From positions 1 through 64,000 of the IMG/VR virus record IMGVR_UViG_3300024239_000132: a DNA stretch of 64,000 nucleotides; one strand, given 5' to 3'. Within the stretch, counting starts at the first letter, position 1. Each line of letters opens with the position of its first letter. Origin of the DNA: a virus. The notes beneath the pieces were generated by a model that did not search any database, was not told the origin of the DNA, and saw nothing but the letters and a program-made list of their open reading frames with translations. This document shows, piece after piece, positions 30,847 to 41,268 of this stretch. The position numbers and the translations under genes were made by a program.

Positions 30847-33039
30847 TTAGGCCGCTGCCTTCGAATACCGCTTGGCCACGGTGACCATGACGGTGCTGTC
30901 CAGTTCCTCTTCCGTCAGGGGAGTGTTCAGCTTGGCATTGAAGGCATGCACTTGCTTCTGGACCGTGATGAGGTCCATGCCGCTATCAACCAGAGCCAAG
31001 GCGAACTTGATCATCTGGTTGTTGCGGTTGCCTTGAGCGATGCTCTGGGCGAACCAGCGCTCAAGGTTATCGAGGCTTCCCAGCTCCTGGTTCTTCTTGA
31101 GGTACTCCTCATTCCCCTTTGTCTTGGGAATGAAGGGCAGAGCATCGAGGAGCTTGCCATCATTGTAGTGATAGGCACAGTTGGGATTGGTAAGCCACTT
31201 CTTCGAACGCTGCTTGGCAGCTTCGTCCGTCTTGAATGGCAACCATTCGAGCACGGAATCCATGAATTCCTTGTACTCGGTCTTGTCCATTTCGAGCCGG
31301 TAGTTGATCGGCAATACGAGACGGAAGCGATCGACAGCAGGCGTAGGATTGCCATCCTTGTCCTTGCCGGCGATCTGGTGACGCTTCGTGGTATAGGTGA
31401 AGAACTTGTAGTCCTTCAGCAGGTCGTGGACCATTGCCATGGTGATCCCGTCCTCACCGTCGCAATCAACGACGATGGTATCGAAGCCGGGAATGACGTT
31501 ATCATCGGAACGGTGACCACCCTTGAAGTGGTGGTTGGCCCAATGCATATCATCCTGCTGAGCCAGGATGTGAAGCTTGTCGAACGGTGCTCTCTCGGCC
31601 TCATAGCCATAGGCAAAGTTGTCCGAGTAGCTGACCGTGAGGCTGTCGATATCAGTTTCCTTGAGGGTCTCCCCCTTGAAGAACTCGATACCGTCGACGA
31701 ACGTCTTCTTGATGATGATGTGGTTCTTGTGTCCCCATGCTGTTGCCAGCGTCATCATCTCATTCCGTCGGGCATTGGAGCCAGAATAGAACGGAAGCGT
31801 CTCCACGAGATCCGACTGTGTGACCTCAGTGCCTACCTCGGCAATGTACCGAGCCAGGCGAACATAGGACTTCTCACGGTTGAGAATTCGCTGGAAGCCT
31901 CTGCCAGACTCCTCGACCAGAAGAATGGCCGAAAGCAGATGCTCCATCTCGACTTCACTGGATTCATCGACGAACGCCAGAGCCCCAGCAATCTTGAGCA
32001 CCTTGAAATAGCGGTGGCTCATCTCTGCCTTACGGATTTCGTCGTGCTGACCCATCTTCTCAGCTTCACGTTCGCACTGAAGCTTGTAGGTGATCAGCTT
32101 GATGGCAACGTCATCCTCGACGGTCATTCGCCAGGCAAACTTGGCTGGATCAGCCAGCTTGTGGAAATGGGCTGACCACTTGTTGATGGAAGCGTCGTTA
32201 GAGGGCTGGATCAGCTTGGCATAGATCAGTGCCGGATCTGTCTCTTCTGTTGCAGTGGCACGGCTTTCACCATGGCCGAACAGGCAGCGACGAGCATAAC
32301 CGGTCTCCATGAATGACCAGAATTGGTCCTCGGTGGAGCCACCGTCGAGCAGCTTTGAAGGGGCGCCGAACAGCAGCATGTTGGCTGGCGTCTTGCCATC
32401 CACATCTTCGCCACGCTGGTTCTCAGCGTTCTGCTTGGTGAGCTTGAGCTTGGTCTTGCCCTGATCGAACAGTTCCAGGAACACGGTCAGGACCTCGGTC
32501 GAGTTAATCAGGTTGAGTCCGATCTCATCGACTTGGAAGTTGATGGCCCCTGCACCGCTCATAAGCAGCTTCTGACGCAGCTGCTTGACGGCCGGAGTTG
32601 TGCCGGAGTCGAACGTGAACGGATAAGGCCCCAGTCCCTGATAGGACTTCTCAGCCTTATTGAACTCTTCCTGTGGATCAGTTCCATTGTGGCCGGCACG
32701 GCGATTGGCAATCTTCCACAGCTCGTTTTCCGTGATGTGAGGAAGCGTGTTATCCATGAACCGACGGCGGAATGGGGCGAGGAATTCCTCTTCCATGATG
32801 CCGATCGAATGACCCTTGCCGAAGCCTGAGGTGGCCAGCAGTAGAGCATAGAGATTGACCGGGATTTCACCGCGGTCTTTCGTAGCGATGACAGCCCGCA
32901 TCGAGGCAGCCATCTTGGCAAGGAAATAGGCGACCTCAACACGAAAGAAGCTGAGGTCCTTGTTCTGGGTCTTGTTTGCGAGGACTTCTGAAATTTCCTC
33001 AATGGCCGGGTGATGGGTCACCCCCGTTAAATCGATCAT
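30847..33039 (-). CDS. DNA primase (N4 gp43-like)
   Basis: SGFGKGHS P-loop; YTTKRH..RFRLVLP; C-terminal PriCT-like GNRNNQM. Confidence 0.9.
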   Translation of the reverse strand: MIDLTGVTHHPAIEEISEVLANKTQNKDLSFFRVEVAYFLAKMAASMRAVIATKDRGEIPVNLYALLLATSGFGKGHSIGIMEEEFLAPFRRRFMDNTLPHITENELWKIANRRAGHNGTDPQEEFNKAEKSYQGLGPYPFTFDSGTTPAVKQLRQKLLMSGAGAINFQVDEIGLNLINSTEVLTVFLELFDQGKTKLKLTKQNAENQRGEDVDGKTPANMLLFGAPSKLLDGGSTEDQFWSFMETGYARRCLFGHGESRATATEETDPALIYAKLIQPSNDASINKWSAHFHKLADPAKFAWRMTVEDDVAIKLITYKLQCEREAEKMGQHDEIRKAEMSHRYFKVLKIAGALAFVDESSEVEMEHLLSAILLVEESGRGFQRILNREKSYVRLARYIAEVGTEVTQSDLVETLPFYSGSNARRNEMMTLATAWGHKNHIIIKKTFVDGIEFFKGETLKETDIDSLTVSYSDNFAYGYEAERAPFDKLHILAQQDDMHWANHHFKGGHRSDDNVIPGFDTIVVDCDGEDGITMAMVHDLLKDYKFFTYTTKRHQIAGKDKDGNPTPAVDRFRLVLPINYRLEMDKTEYKEFMDSVLEWLPFKTDEAAKQRSKKWLTNPNCAYHYNDGKLLDALPFIPKTKGNEEYLKKNQELGSLDNLERWFAQSIAQGNRNNQMIKFALALVDSGMDLITVQKQVHAFNAKLNTPLTEEELDSTVMVTVAKRYSKAAA

Positions 33040-33108
33040 GCTCACCCCCGTGAGATGTTGATGGGAAAGCAGCTGGGAGTATTTCATCCCAGCCACCAAT
33101 GGCTCAGA

Positions 33109-34152
33109 TCAGGAGCTGAAGATGGCACCCAGCAAATCGTTGCTGAGTTCCGTTGCTCCTGGTTCAAGACCGAGCCTGTCTTTCTGCGTGCAAGCGTGAA
33201 AAGCGGGGCAATAAGCACACGCCTTGGGCTCACCTGGAACGGTGACGATCACGCCCTTACCGCCCTTTTCGGCCTGGAACTTGCGAGCCTCGTTGAGATC
33301 ATCGAAGTTCTTGGTCGAACGGGCATTGGGATCCTTGGCTTTCGCTGGATCGGAGAAGAACTTGAATTTGGGCAATGAGCGCCAGAGTTCTTCGTCTGTG
33401 CATTCCGGTATCTCGGATTCCGGTGCATCCTTGTAGCGTTCGATCAGGAGCAGCCGGCTACGAATCCAGCTCTCTGTCTCCTTCTCGGAAGTTAGAGGAA
33501 TGTCCTTGTACTCTACACGCTTCTGAGGATAGGCCGGGTTCGTCTTCACCATAGACTTCTGCCAGTCAGTGAAGATGAAATTGATCCGGATGTAATCCTC
33601 TTCGATCTTGTCCTTGTGGAGCCAGCGGTAGATGCTTCCCTGACGGGAATAATCATCATCTTTGGTTCCCTTGATCCAGGACCAGACAGAGGTAGACTTG
33701 AAGTCCTGAACGATGCCTTCGGCAACCATGTCGAACTTGCCACCGATGGTGTAGGTGGTGCCGTTCACATCAACTTCCCGGAAACCTCGTTGCTCGAAGT
33801 AAACCGGGATGATGTCGTTGCTGGCTCGAAGCTGTTCAGGAGACGGATTGACGACGATCCGCTCGATGATCTCCTTGGAATACCCCAGGAGCTTGAGCGG
33901 TGTTTCCTTGCCGTTGACCCAGGCATGCTCAATAGCCGTGTGGATGGCATGTCCCAGTGCCCGAGCAATATACTCGGACACATCTGGAGCCTGCTTTTCC
34001 TTGGGTACCCGCTTTGACAGGATGAGCTGTCGAACAGGTTTCATCAGCGAGGTAGCCGAGACGTAGTTCGGCTTGTCGACGTAATCGTATTCGTCGTGCA
34101 GAAGCCAAACTGCGATCGGCAAGCTGATGTCAAGATTATTGGAGACTCTCAT
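33109..34152 (-). CDS. Cas4-like PD-(D/E)XK exonuclease (N4 gp42-like)
   Basis: SATSLMKP, GGKFD..VQDFKST, C-terminal CAYCPAFHAC. Confidence 0.85.
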   Translation of the reverse strand: MRVSNNLDISLPIAVWLLHDEYDYVDKPNYVSATSLMKPVRQLILSKRVPKEKQAPDVSEYIARALGHAIHTAIEHAWVNGKETPLKLLGYSKEIIERIVVNPSPEQLRASNDIIPVYFEQRGFREVDVNGTTYTIGGKFDMVAEGIVQDFKSTSVWSWIKGTKDDDYSRQGSIYRWLHKDKIEEDYIRINFIFTDWQKSMVKTNPAYPQKRVEYKDIPLTSEKETESWIRSRLLLIERYKDAPESEIPECTDEELWRSLPKFKFFSDPAKAKDPNARSTKNFDDLNEARKFQAEKGGKGVIVTVPGEPKACAYCPAFHACTQKDRLGLEPGATELSNDLLGAIFSS

Positions 34153-34580
34153 TTGAGTTTGGCTCCTCTCCAGACGACACGCTGACCTTCGATGAGTTCC
34201 TTTGCCGACTGTTGGAGCTCTTCGAGAAGCTCGGGGTCGGTGAGAATGGTAGCTCCAGTTGACGGGAGTCCTCCTGTCGGGAGACCGGGGAGTGATTGTG
34301 ATTCATGTTCCTGATCCTTCAGGATCCGGTCAGCCACGAGTTTGGTGTAGCCAACAATGTCGTGCCAGCTGTCGTGGTAGTTTGGATCCCCATTGAGGAT
34401 GCGGCCCATCTTGTGAGCCAGCATTCCCAGGGATTCCTTCATATCGTCTGCGAGAGAATCCCAGTTGCGACCAAGCATCATCGCACGCTTGATAGCCTGC
34501 GTGATCTTTGCATGGTCGGTGAACTCACCGTAACGGGTTCCCCGTTCAGCGAGAGTGGCGTCAATATCAGCCGGCTGCAT
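34149..34580 (-). CDS. DUF6378-like protein
   Basis: LAERGTRYGEF..HKMGRILNGDPNYHDSWHDIVGY. Confidence 0.7.
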   Translation of the reverse strand: MQPADIDATLAERGTRYGEFTDHAKITQAIKRAMMLGRNWDSLADDMKESLGMLAHKMGRILNGDPNYHDSWHDIVGYTKLVADRILKDQEHESQSLPGLPTGGLPSTGATILTDPELLEELQQSAKELIEGQRVVWRGAKLK

Positions 34581-34872
34581 TCTGGAGTTCCCCAACGCCT
34601 TCCATGAACTTGGCCTGGGTCATGACACCAAGGTAGCTCACCGAGATGATGAAGACATCGTGGACCTGGGTGTTGGGGTTGCCGATACGCTCGAACAGAC
34701 GCATCTGGATACCCTGCTGAGCCATGCCGATGTGCTTGGCCGTGACGTTGCGACCATCACCAGTAAGCGTGGTGTTGATGTTCATCTGCTCGATCTCTTC
34801 GGATCCCTCACGGGTGAAGATGACCATGCCCGACACCAGATGATAGTGCTGGGGCTTGTTTGTTTTGGACAT
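34567..34872 (-). CDS. Hypothetical protein
   Basis: AGGAG SD; in operon. Confidence 0.7.
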   Translation of the reverse strand: MSKTNKPQHYHLVSGMVIFTREGSEEIEQMNINTTLTGDGRNVTAKHIGMAQQGIQMRLFERIGNPNTQVHDVFIISVSYLGVMTQAKFMEGVGELQNAAG

Positions 34873-34958
34873 GCATGTCTCCTGTGCCGGAAGACAGAGG
34901 TCAACCGGGGTATTGGAACCAGAAAAAGGAATGACAGTGGGTGGCTGCTAACCTTAGG

Positions 34959-37688
34959 TCAGGCAGCCAATCCCGTCTGCTTGGTTACGTGGTCTTCGAT
35001 GACATTGAGAATGTCTGCCTCTGTTGCTCCGTTGGGGAGCGTTATCTCTGTCGTCCAGTTGGGGTAGAAGAGACCCAAACTTCCCCCGAGTTTCACCTGT
35101 GGGTGGTAAATCTCAGGATGGTTTTGCCATTTGACGGCATCAACTAGATGAGTGTTGGCATAGACAATAACTTTAATGTCGTCCTTCATCAAGAAATATC
35201 CTGCGTCATGAATTTGAGCACAGGGTTTTATCGACAGTCTGTGAACACTCTTTCGAACTTTGCCCATAAACTCTGAGCCAGCACGGGAATTGAGCAGACA
35301 CCAGCTTTGTCCAAGGGCATTGCCAGCAGTCCTCCCCTCAGCTTCAGCAGCTTGTGGGGTGGCCTTGGCTCCACGGATAACCTGAGCCAGCAGAGGTGTG
35401 CGAAGTCTCAGACCAAAAGCGATGGTGATGTATCCATCCTTGGTGGCCTGATCGAGCTTGTCCGAGACCCATTGATCACTGACTGCGTAAAGCTCGTGAT
35501 ACCTCGCCTCGATGGTTTTGGCCTTTTCTTCCGAGAAACCACAATTCTTGACGAGTGTGGACCACGTTCCCTGATAGGTCAGGGCAAAGGTTGGTGCCTT
35601 TGAATCCTGACGTTCAGCAGGATATTTGGATGCGATCGAGTTGACGCTTTCGACAGAGTTAGGGTCGATACCCGTCATGCTCTCACCGAAGTAGGATAAA
35701 GCACGAAGGCAATGGCCGTCGAACCCGTCAGTATAGACACGTAATTTGGCAGGATCCTTGGTGGTCAGGGCCGAGATACGATCCTCAAGAGAATCGAAAT
35801 CGAGTCCTGCAAAGATCCAGCCATCGGGTGCCTCGAAACAGCTCTTGATGAGCTTGCCCAGGCTGAGCTTGTTGCCTTTCATGTATGGCGCCAGAACGGT
35901 TCCATAGAGCTTCATGAGGTACTCGGAGATGACCATCATTACATTGGCCGGCAAGTTCTGGAGATTGGGTCCAGACGAGCTTAGACGGCCACTCTTAGTT
36001 CCCCCAAGATTGAAGTTACCAAAGAGGTAATGCCAACCATCTCTTCCCTGTTGAGCATTCTTCAGGGATGGGATGAAGTCGGTGATGATCTTGTTGACCG
36101 CCTTGAAGTCGATCAGTGCTCCAAGGAATTCCAAGGTATCTGCGTCTTTGGTGTGGTTCCTCAGATTCTTCAGGGTGTCGCCGTCTGTCGACGGCTGCCC
36201 CGCATCGGTCAGACCCAGGACAGGCAATTCCAGCACCTCGAACAAGAGTTCTTGTAGCTGGGGGTTGGAGTTCGGATTGAACTCTACGGCCTGGGTCTCA
36301 TCATCCTCGAAAGAGATCTGCTTCTTTTTCAGAGCCTCGTTACGCTTGGCTACGTGCTTGTGGCGCAGCAGATGGTTGTAGTGCTGGATGACCTTGGAAT
36401 GACCCAAGGTCTGGAGTGCTGAACCCTCGATGGCATTGAGGATCTGTTCGACCTTCAGGACCTGGTTCATGTTCACCGGCATGCCAGTGAGCTGCATCTG
36501 GATGATATCCACCATGGCAGGCTGAAACAGGTCCCGGTAAACCGGGAGCTGCTGGTCTGCTACGAGAGTGTCCCAGTGCTTTTCATAGACGTGCCAGGTG
36601 CATAGGCTGTCGACTAGATTGTACTTGAGCAGCTCAGGTTGCGGAATCCGACGGATGTCCTTGATTTCATCCTGAGCATAGTTGCCCGCAAAGTCCTGAG
36701 CCTGATCTTTCAGGCTCAGCTTATTGCCAGCACATGAGTTGGTTGCGAGGTAGGTTATGAGCTTGGTGCAATCCCAGCCACCACTCTCGCCCAACATGAT
36801 GTCCATGCCATAGAGCAGACCTTCCTGATCCAGGAGATGCTCCATAAAAAGCTGATAGATCAGGACGTAAACGTCATAGCCGATGTTGTGCCACTTGAAC
36901 TCAATGCCGAGCTCACGGGCCACGATGAAGAATTCCTTCAACATTGCCCGACGGTAAGCATGGGGGACCTGAATGCCGTATAGGCCCAGCCCATTCTTCT
37001 GGTTCGGATCAGCGGGATCGATCGGCAAATAATCTACCGGAAAAGCAATGCCTTCATGCTTGGACCAGGCAAACGAGATGGTGCCGATGCCAGCATCATA
37101 GTGCTTGAGGCTGAATGCCTCGATATCCGCGGTCAGGGGCTTGCCCTGTTCTAACAGCTTGCGAAGCCACTGTTCGATGCCTTTGTCTGTAGTGGGGTAG
37201 GCAGCGAACTTGATGATGTTCTGGCCAGGTACCTTGTAACCACCGGCAATGTGATCGATCAGGGCATTCATTCCTGCGGCGATCTTGGCTGTCCCTGCCT
37301 CGGGATCATAGAATACCGCGGCATAGTTGGGCACATAGACAACCTTGAAGTCACCCAGAGCACAATCCACGACGTAGCCGAGATTGGCTTCCACTTTGGG
37401 AAGCTTGGTTAGGACCTTGAAATAGTCAGCGTCTGCAACCAGCAGGTATTTGGTGCCCAGATCCGTCAGGGTTGGTTCGAGCTCTTCGGCAAACCATGCC
37501 TTGATTTCTCCGGCCGACGGCTTCTTTTTACCTTCGGACTTGAAGGTCTCCACCACGAGAAGGTCATTCTCATTAAATGGGTATGGATCGGTGTAGTGCT
37601 TGCGAATGTCGTCCTTGCGAATCTTGGGAACCAGTAGGACCACAGGATAGTGGGTGAGTTCGGGATCTGCGAACGACAGGTAACGCAT
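34959..37688 (-). CDS. DNA polymerase, family A (N4 gp39-like)
   Basis: Exo DIEAFS; GTKSGRLSSSGPNLQN; DFDSLEDRI; RQDSKAPTFALTY; QIHDA. Confidence 0.96.
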   Translation of the reverse strand: MRYLSFADPELTHYPVVLLVPKIRKDDIRKHYTDPYPFNENDLLVVETFKSEGKKKPSAGEIKAWFAEELEPTLTDLGTKYLLVADADYFKVLTKLPKVEANLGYVVDCALGDFKVVYVPNYAAVFYDPEAGTAKIAAGMNALIDHIAGGYKVPGQNIIKFAAYPTTDKGIEQWLRKLLEQGKPLTADIEAFSLKHYDAGIGTISFAWSKHEGIAFPVDYLPIDPADPNQKNGLGLYGIQVPHAYRRAMLKEFFIVARELGIEFKWHNIGYDVYVLIYQLFMEHLLDQEGLLYGMDIMLGESGGWDCTKLITYLATNSCAGNKLSLKDQAQDFAGNYAQDEIKDIRRIPQPELLKYNLVDSLCTWHVYEKHWDTLVADQQLPVYRDLFQPAMVDIIQMQLTGMPVNMNQVLKVEQILNAIEGSALQTLGHSKVIQHYNHLLRHKHVAKRNEALKKKQISFEDDETQAVEFNPNSNPQLQELLFEVLELPVLGLTDAGQPSTDGDTLKNLRNHTKDADTLEFLGALIDFKAVNKIITDFIPSLKNAQQGRDGWHYLFGNFNLGGTKSGRLSSSGPNLQNLPANVMMVISEYLMKLYGTVLAPYMKGNKLSLGKLIKSCFEAPDGWIFAGLDFDSLEDRISALTTKDPAKLRVYTDGFDGHCLRALSYFGESMTGIDPNSVESVNSIASKYPAERQDSKAPTFALTYQGTWSTLVKNCGFSEEKAKTIEARYHELYAVSDQWVSDKLDQATKDGYITIAFGLRLRTPLLAQVIRGAKATPQAAEAEGRTAGNALGQSWCLLNSRAGSEFMGKVRKSVHRLSIKPCAQIHDAGYFLMKDDIKVIVYANTHLVDAVKWQNHPEIYHPQVKLGGSLGLFYPNWTTEITLPNGATEADILNVIEDHVTKQTGLAA

Positions 37689-38023
37689 CAGTCTTGGGCC
37701 TTTTTAATGCGATCAATTACGAGGGCAGCTTCAAACAACGCAGTATCTAAAGCTATCAGGTGACGGTCTTTGCCGTGCTCTAAAAAGTTAACGGCAGCCG
37801 TGTGTAATGCCTCTAACAGTGCGATTAGAACTGGAGCCTCAGCCATCATTGCTGCGAGTTTTTGAGGATCGTACCCAGCACTTATGCAGCCGTGAAAATT
37901 GGTGATTGCCACACACATTGTGGGCTGGGTTTCAGGTACACGGGCGGAAGCACCAACAGCCCAGTCCCACCTTCCATGAGCTACATCCCCATATTTGTAG
38001 GGGAAGAGTGGCTTCTGCTTCAT
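37688..38023 (-). CDS. Hypothetical protein
   Basis: Translationally coupled between neighbours. Confidence 0.65.
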   Translation of the reverse strand: MKQKPLFPYKYGDVAHGRWDWAVGASARVPETQPTMCVAITNFHGCISAGYDPQKLAAMMAEAPVLIALLEALHTAAVNFLEHGKDRHLIALDTALFEAALVIDRIKKAQD

Positions 38024-38505
38024 CAGTAAATCAGCCTTACTGCTGTGAAGAATTCCAGCTTGGGAATGATCTTCAGATATTGGCGGTATGCCCTGCTTCC
38101 TGGTTCGATATTCCAGGCTTCAGGGCGAGTTCTTGGCAGCTTGATCCAATCATAATCGACACATTGGATCAGGCATTCTGGCAGGGCGTCTCTCAGGTCT
38201 TGAGTGGTCTGACTGTTCTGAACCAGTGGCAGGAGACCCTGCTTGATCAGTTGAATGTCATCAGACACCTGCTTGTGGCTGAGCCTGAGGGCCTCACCTT
38301 CCTCTTCGAGTGAGGGGTCCAAGGCAGGCCAGAGACTTCTTTTGGGTGCCTGAGAGTGCTTGAGCAGATATCCTCTGTGCAGCACTCCCAGAGCAGTGTT
38401 GTTGGCAGTCTTTTGGTTGAGGATAACCAAACGATCTATCGCGGCTTGAATCCTTCGGGCTTCGCCTCGAGAAATGGATTCGAGCATGGCATCGAGAAGA
38501 ACCAT
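38023..38505 (-). CDS. Conserved N4-like protein (between helicase and polymerase)
   Basis: TTQDLRDALPE motif; synteny. Confidence 0.65.
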   Translation of the reverse strand: MVLLDAMLESISRGEARRIQAAIDRLVILNQKTANNTALGVLHRGYLLKHSQAPKRSLWPALDPSLEEEGEALRLSHKQVSDDIQLIKQGLLPLVQNSQTTQDLRDALPECLIQCVDYDWIKLPRTRPEAWNIEPGSRAYRQYLKIIPKLEFFTAVRLIY

Positions 38506-38514
38506 GACGGTCTC

Positions 38515-39810
38515 CTAAAAGTGAAGACCTCCGTATTTGTCAGCGAGATGCCCGTAGAGGAATATACGATGTCTTGGCCGGCTGAGAGCCACGTACAACA
38601 TACGGGCTACCATGTTCGGATTGGGGCATGTGCTGATGTTTCCGAGATCCACAAACACGGAATCGTAGGTAGAACCTTGCGACTTGTGGACCGTGCTGGA
38701 ATCCAGTGGGCGGAGATCGGGGAATGTCCCCTTGAGGTTGAAATATTCGGGCCACTGCTTCTTGCGCTGATAGTGCTTGACCAGCTTGTTGAAGTGGTCC
38801 CGGTCGACAGGGATAGGAACTTTTTCGACGTAACCACCACTGCTCATACCGAGTGTGGCATAAACAACTTCGAGTTTGGTTCCTGCCGTATCGACTTCGA
38901 TGAAGGTTGACCTGGGTGCCAGCTCAATGACCTCGAGCTCTTGCTCGATCGAGATCCTTTTCTTGCCGATGTTGACCATGGAGTTGCTGACCAGCAGCTC
39001 TCCGACGGTGTACTCATCGGGCAGGTGACGCAGGCTACGAATGTGATCGTTGAACTGGTTCACCCGGGCGTTGGTATATGAAAGGATCTTGGACGCCTTG
39101 GTTTGCTGGGCAAAGGTCTGATCGATCATGCTCTGCATCTGATCATCGTCGAGCCAGTCGATGACACCAGGCTTGATCTCGATCGGATAGAATTCGTGGT
39201 TCTCAACCTGATACCGGAGCTGTTCGTGCAGAGCCTTGAACTCAGGAACACTGGTTCGCATCTGTTCGGTCAGCTCATAGGTGCGGATATTGAGCTTATC
39301 GACTGGACAGATAGCTTCGGTGACCGGGCTGAGCTGGCAATGATCTCCGACGTAGATAATCTTGCAGTCGATGGCAGCATCACGGACAGCATTGAGCATG
39401 CCGGTATCCATCATGGTGTACTCGTCGACGAAGATGATCTTCTTCTCGTGAGGCTTCCAGTCGTTGCGACGGGTAAGCTTGGTTTCGCCCGTGCTGTAAT
39501 CTTCTGTGACCTTGAGACACAGCAGAGAAGCGAGAGTCGAGGTAGGACGTTGAGTAGCAATAGCCAGTACCTCGGCTGCCTTGTTGGTTGTGGCAGTCAT
39601 GTGGACGCCATCGTACTTGGGCTCGATGCCCATGATGCCACAGAGCTCGAAGTACCGCGGCATGATCTTATCGATCATGTTGCTCATGAGATGGGTCTTA
39701 CCGGTGCCACCGGGACCCGAGACTTTCATCTCTCTCTCATTGTCAGCCAGCAGGAATTCCAGAAACCCTTCAGCCGCAGCGGTTTGTCCCTGGTTCAGGG
39801 TTGATGTCAT
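38515..39810 (-). CDS. Dda/RecD-like SF1 DNA helicase
   Basis: GPGGTGKT, VDEY, VGDHCQL, TVHKSQGSTY, LYVALSR. Confidence 0.93.
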   Translation of the reverse strand: MTSTLNQGQTAAAEGFLEFLLADNEREMKVSGPGGTGKTHLMSNMIDKIMPRYFELCGIMGIEPKYDGVHMTATTNKAAEVLAIATQRPTSTLASLLCLKVTEDYSTGETKLTRRNDWKPHEKKIIFVDEYTMMDTGMLNAVRDAAIDCKIIYVGDHCQLSPVTEAICPVDKLNIRTYELTEQMRTSVPEFKALHEQLRYQVENHEFYPIEIKPGVIDWLDDDQMQSMIDQTFAQQTKASKILSYTNARVNQFNDHIRSLRHLPDEYTVGELLVSNSMVNIGKKRISIEQELEVIELAPRSTFIEVDTAGTKLEVVYATLGMSSGGYVEKVPIPVDRDHFNKLVKHYQRKKQWPEYFNLKGTFPDLRPLDSSTVHKSQGSTYDSVFVDLGNISTCPNPNMVARMLYVALSRPRHRIFLYGHLADKYGGLHF

Positions 39811-39876
39811 TTAGATTTCCTCAGGGATGGTTGTGGGAGCCAGGGAAAGAAGGAGGACTTTCCCTGGCTCGACCAC

Positions 39877-40326
39877 TCAAACGAACGGTGTCAGGTCAGG
39901 CGGGGAATAGTCTTTCCCCTTGCCGATCTTGCCGTTCGGAAGCAGGACGGGCTTGCCGTCTTCGAACTTGGAGTAGTTGGAGCGATTGACCTCGGCCAGA
40001 CCACCGGGAGCATCCATGCCAGCAAGGACAGCAGTACCGGTAGCCGTCACGAGCTGATCGCAGATGGCATCGAAGAACTGAGGACGATCATTCTCATGCA
40101 GAATGAGGAACGGCTCAGCGCCCTTGTTCTTGAAGTGATTGGCAAGGTTGGTGATTGCCGATCGAGCAGCTTCCTTGAGACGATCGCCAGTGTAATTGAC
40201 GGGCGTGAGCTCATCGATCATTTCACCAACTTCTTCGAAGTGTACACCCATCTGGACGTAGAAGTTGGCCAGGGTAGGCTCAGGCTTGGCAGCCTTGAAC
40301 CAGTTGGCGGTGTCTTCAAGCGGCAA
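39877..40326 (-). CDS. MazG/PRA-PH-like NTP pyrophosphohydrolase
   Basis: EEVGEM..DAICD..EVNRSNYSKF..GKIGKGKDY. Confidence 0.85.
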   Translation of the reverse strand: MPLEDTANWFKAAKPEPTLANFYVQMGVHFEEVGEMIDELTPVNYTGDRLKEAARSAITNLANHFKNKGAEPFLILHENDRPQFFDAICDQLVTATGTAVLAGMDAPGGLAEVNRSNYSKFEDGKPVLLPNGKIGKGKDYSPPDLTPFV

Positions 40327-40636
40327 GGGACTTCTCCTGTTCAGCGAGGTATCGCTCCATCAAGAGATTCTTGATGTAGGTTTTGATGGGAGTGTGGGCA
40401 CCTAGCTGGGATTCCAACCAGGTCTTTTGGTCTTGGCTCATGGACAGATAAATATCTTCCATAAAAGCCCGCCGAGTGTCAGCAGGTTGAACACCAAGGG
40501 CATGAAGCCTCTGGGTAACCGTAGAAGTGTGGCAGCCAAGTGTCTCAGCAATGGTGGCGAGTGACAGTCCGACGCTGTTCAAACGAACCAAGTCGGAATC
40601 TGTCACCCTTCTGTTTGAACGGTAAACGTCAGTCAT
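40316..40636 (-). CDS. HTH DNA-binding protein (conserved in N4-like phages)
   Basis: LNSVGLSLATIAETLGCHTSTVTQRL..DTRRAFME. Confidence 0.8.
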   Translation of the reverse strand: MTDVYRSNRRVTDSDLVRLNSVGLSLATIAETLGCHTSTVTQRLHALGVQPADTRRAFMEDIYLSMSQDQKTWLESQLGAHTPIKTYIKNLLMERYLAEQEKSLAA

Positions 40637-40707
40637 GCGATAAACCCTGTGCAATTATCAACTCTGTCTTAGTTGAGTTTGCACAGAATGCCTAGAGTTT
40701 TGAAGAT

Positions 40708-41268
40708 TCACCCGGCAAAGTTATCGATGACCCGACGAACCACATGAACTGATACCCCGAGTTGCCGAGCAATCTCGGCTTTGGAGTGACCCAGACCGCG
40801 GAGTCTTGCGACCTCAAGGTCACGGCTCTTACGGATCTTGTCAGCATCTGAGATAGTCTCTGCAAAGCTGCTGGCCTTGTCTGCGTGCAGCATCTTGGAC
40901 AGGCTCTGGGCCTTGCGTGAGACCTTCACTTTGGGCTCATCACCGATGATGTCGAGCATCATGCGGACTTCAGCTTGGGATACGCCAAGGACTTCCCAGC
41001 TGACCTTGTGCTTTTTCTTGAGCGCACGAAGATCATAGGCGGCAGTTCGGCGGATATCGCCGGGAGTTTCAAGACCCATCAGATCATTGCAGATCTCACG
41101 GGCTTGCTCCTTGCGGGTGGGAACGACATAGGGGTTCAGCACAGGCTTGGTTTCCTCAGCTGGTTCAGCGGGAGCTACTTCGAGCTCTGGTTCAATGGTT
41201 GGTTGTGGGGCTGGCAGGCGCCTTGAAAGCAAGCGCATGAAATTGGGTAGTCTGTGGCGGAATCGCAT
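40708..41268 (-). CDS. Protein with C-terminal HTH
   Basis: LRGLGHSKAEIARQLGVSVHVVRRVI. Confidence 0.65.
   Translation of the reverse strand: MRFRHRLPNFMRLLSRRLPAPQPTIEPELEVAPAEPAEETKPVLNPYVVPTRKEQAREICNDLMGLETPGDIRRTAAYDLRALKKKHKVSWEVLGVSQAEVRMMLDIIGDEPKVKVSRKAQSLSKMLHADKASSFAETISDADKIRKSRDLEVARLRGLGHSKAEIARQLGVSVHVVRRVIDNFAG

Noticed and set aside
33109-34152. Cas4-like gene as part of a CRISPR-Cas locus
   Set aside because: Standard N4-like replication exonuclease; no other cas genes or array
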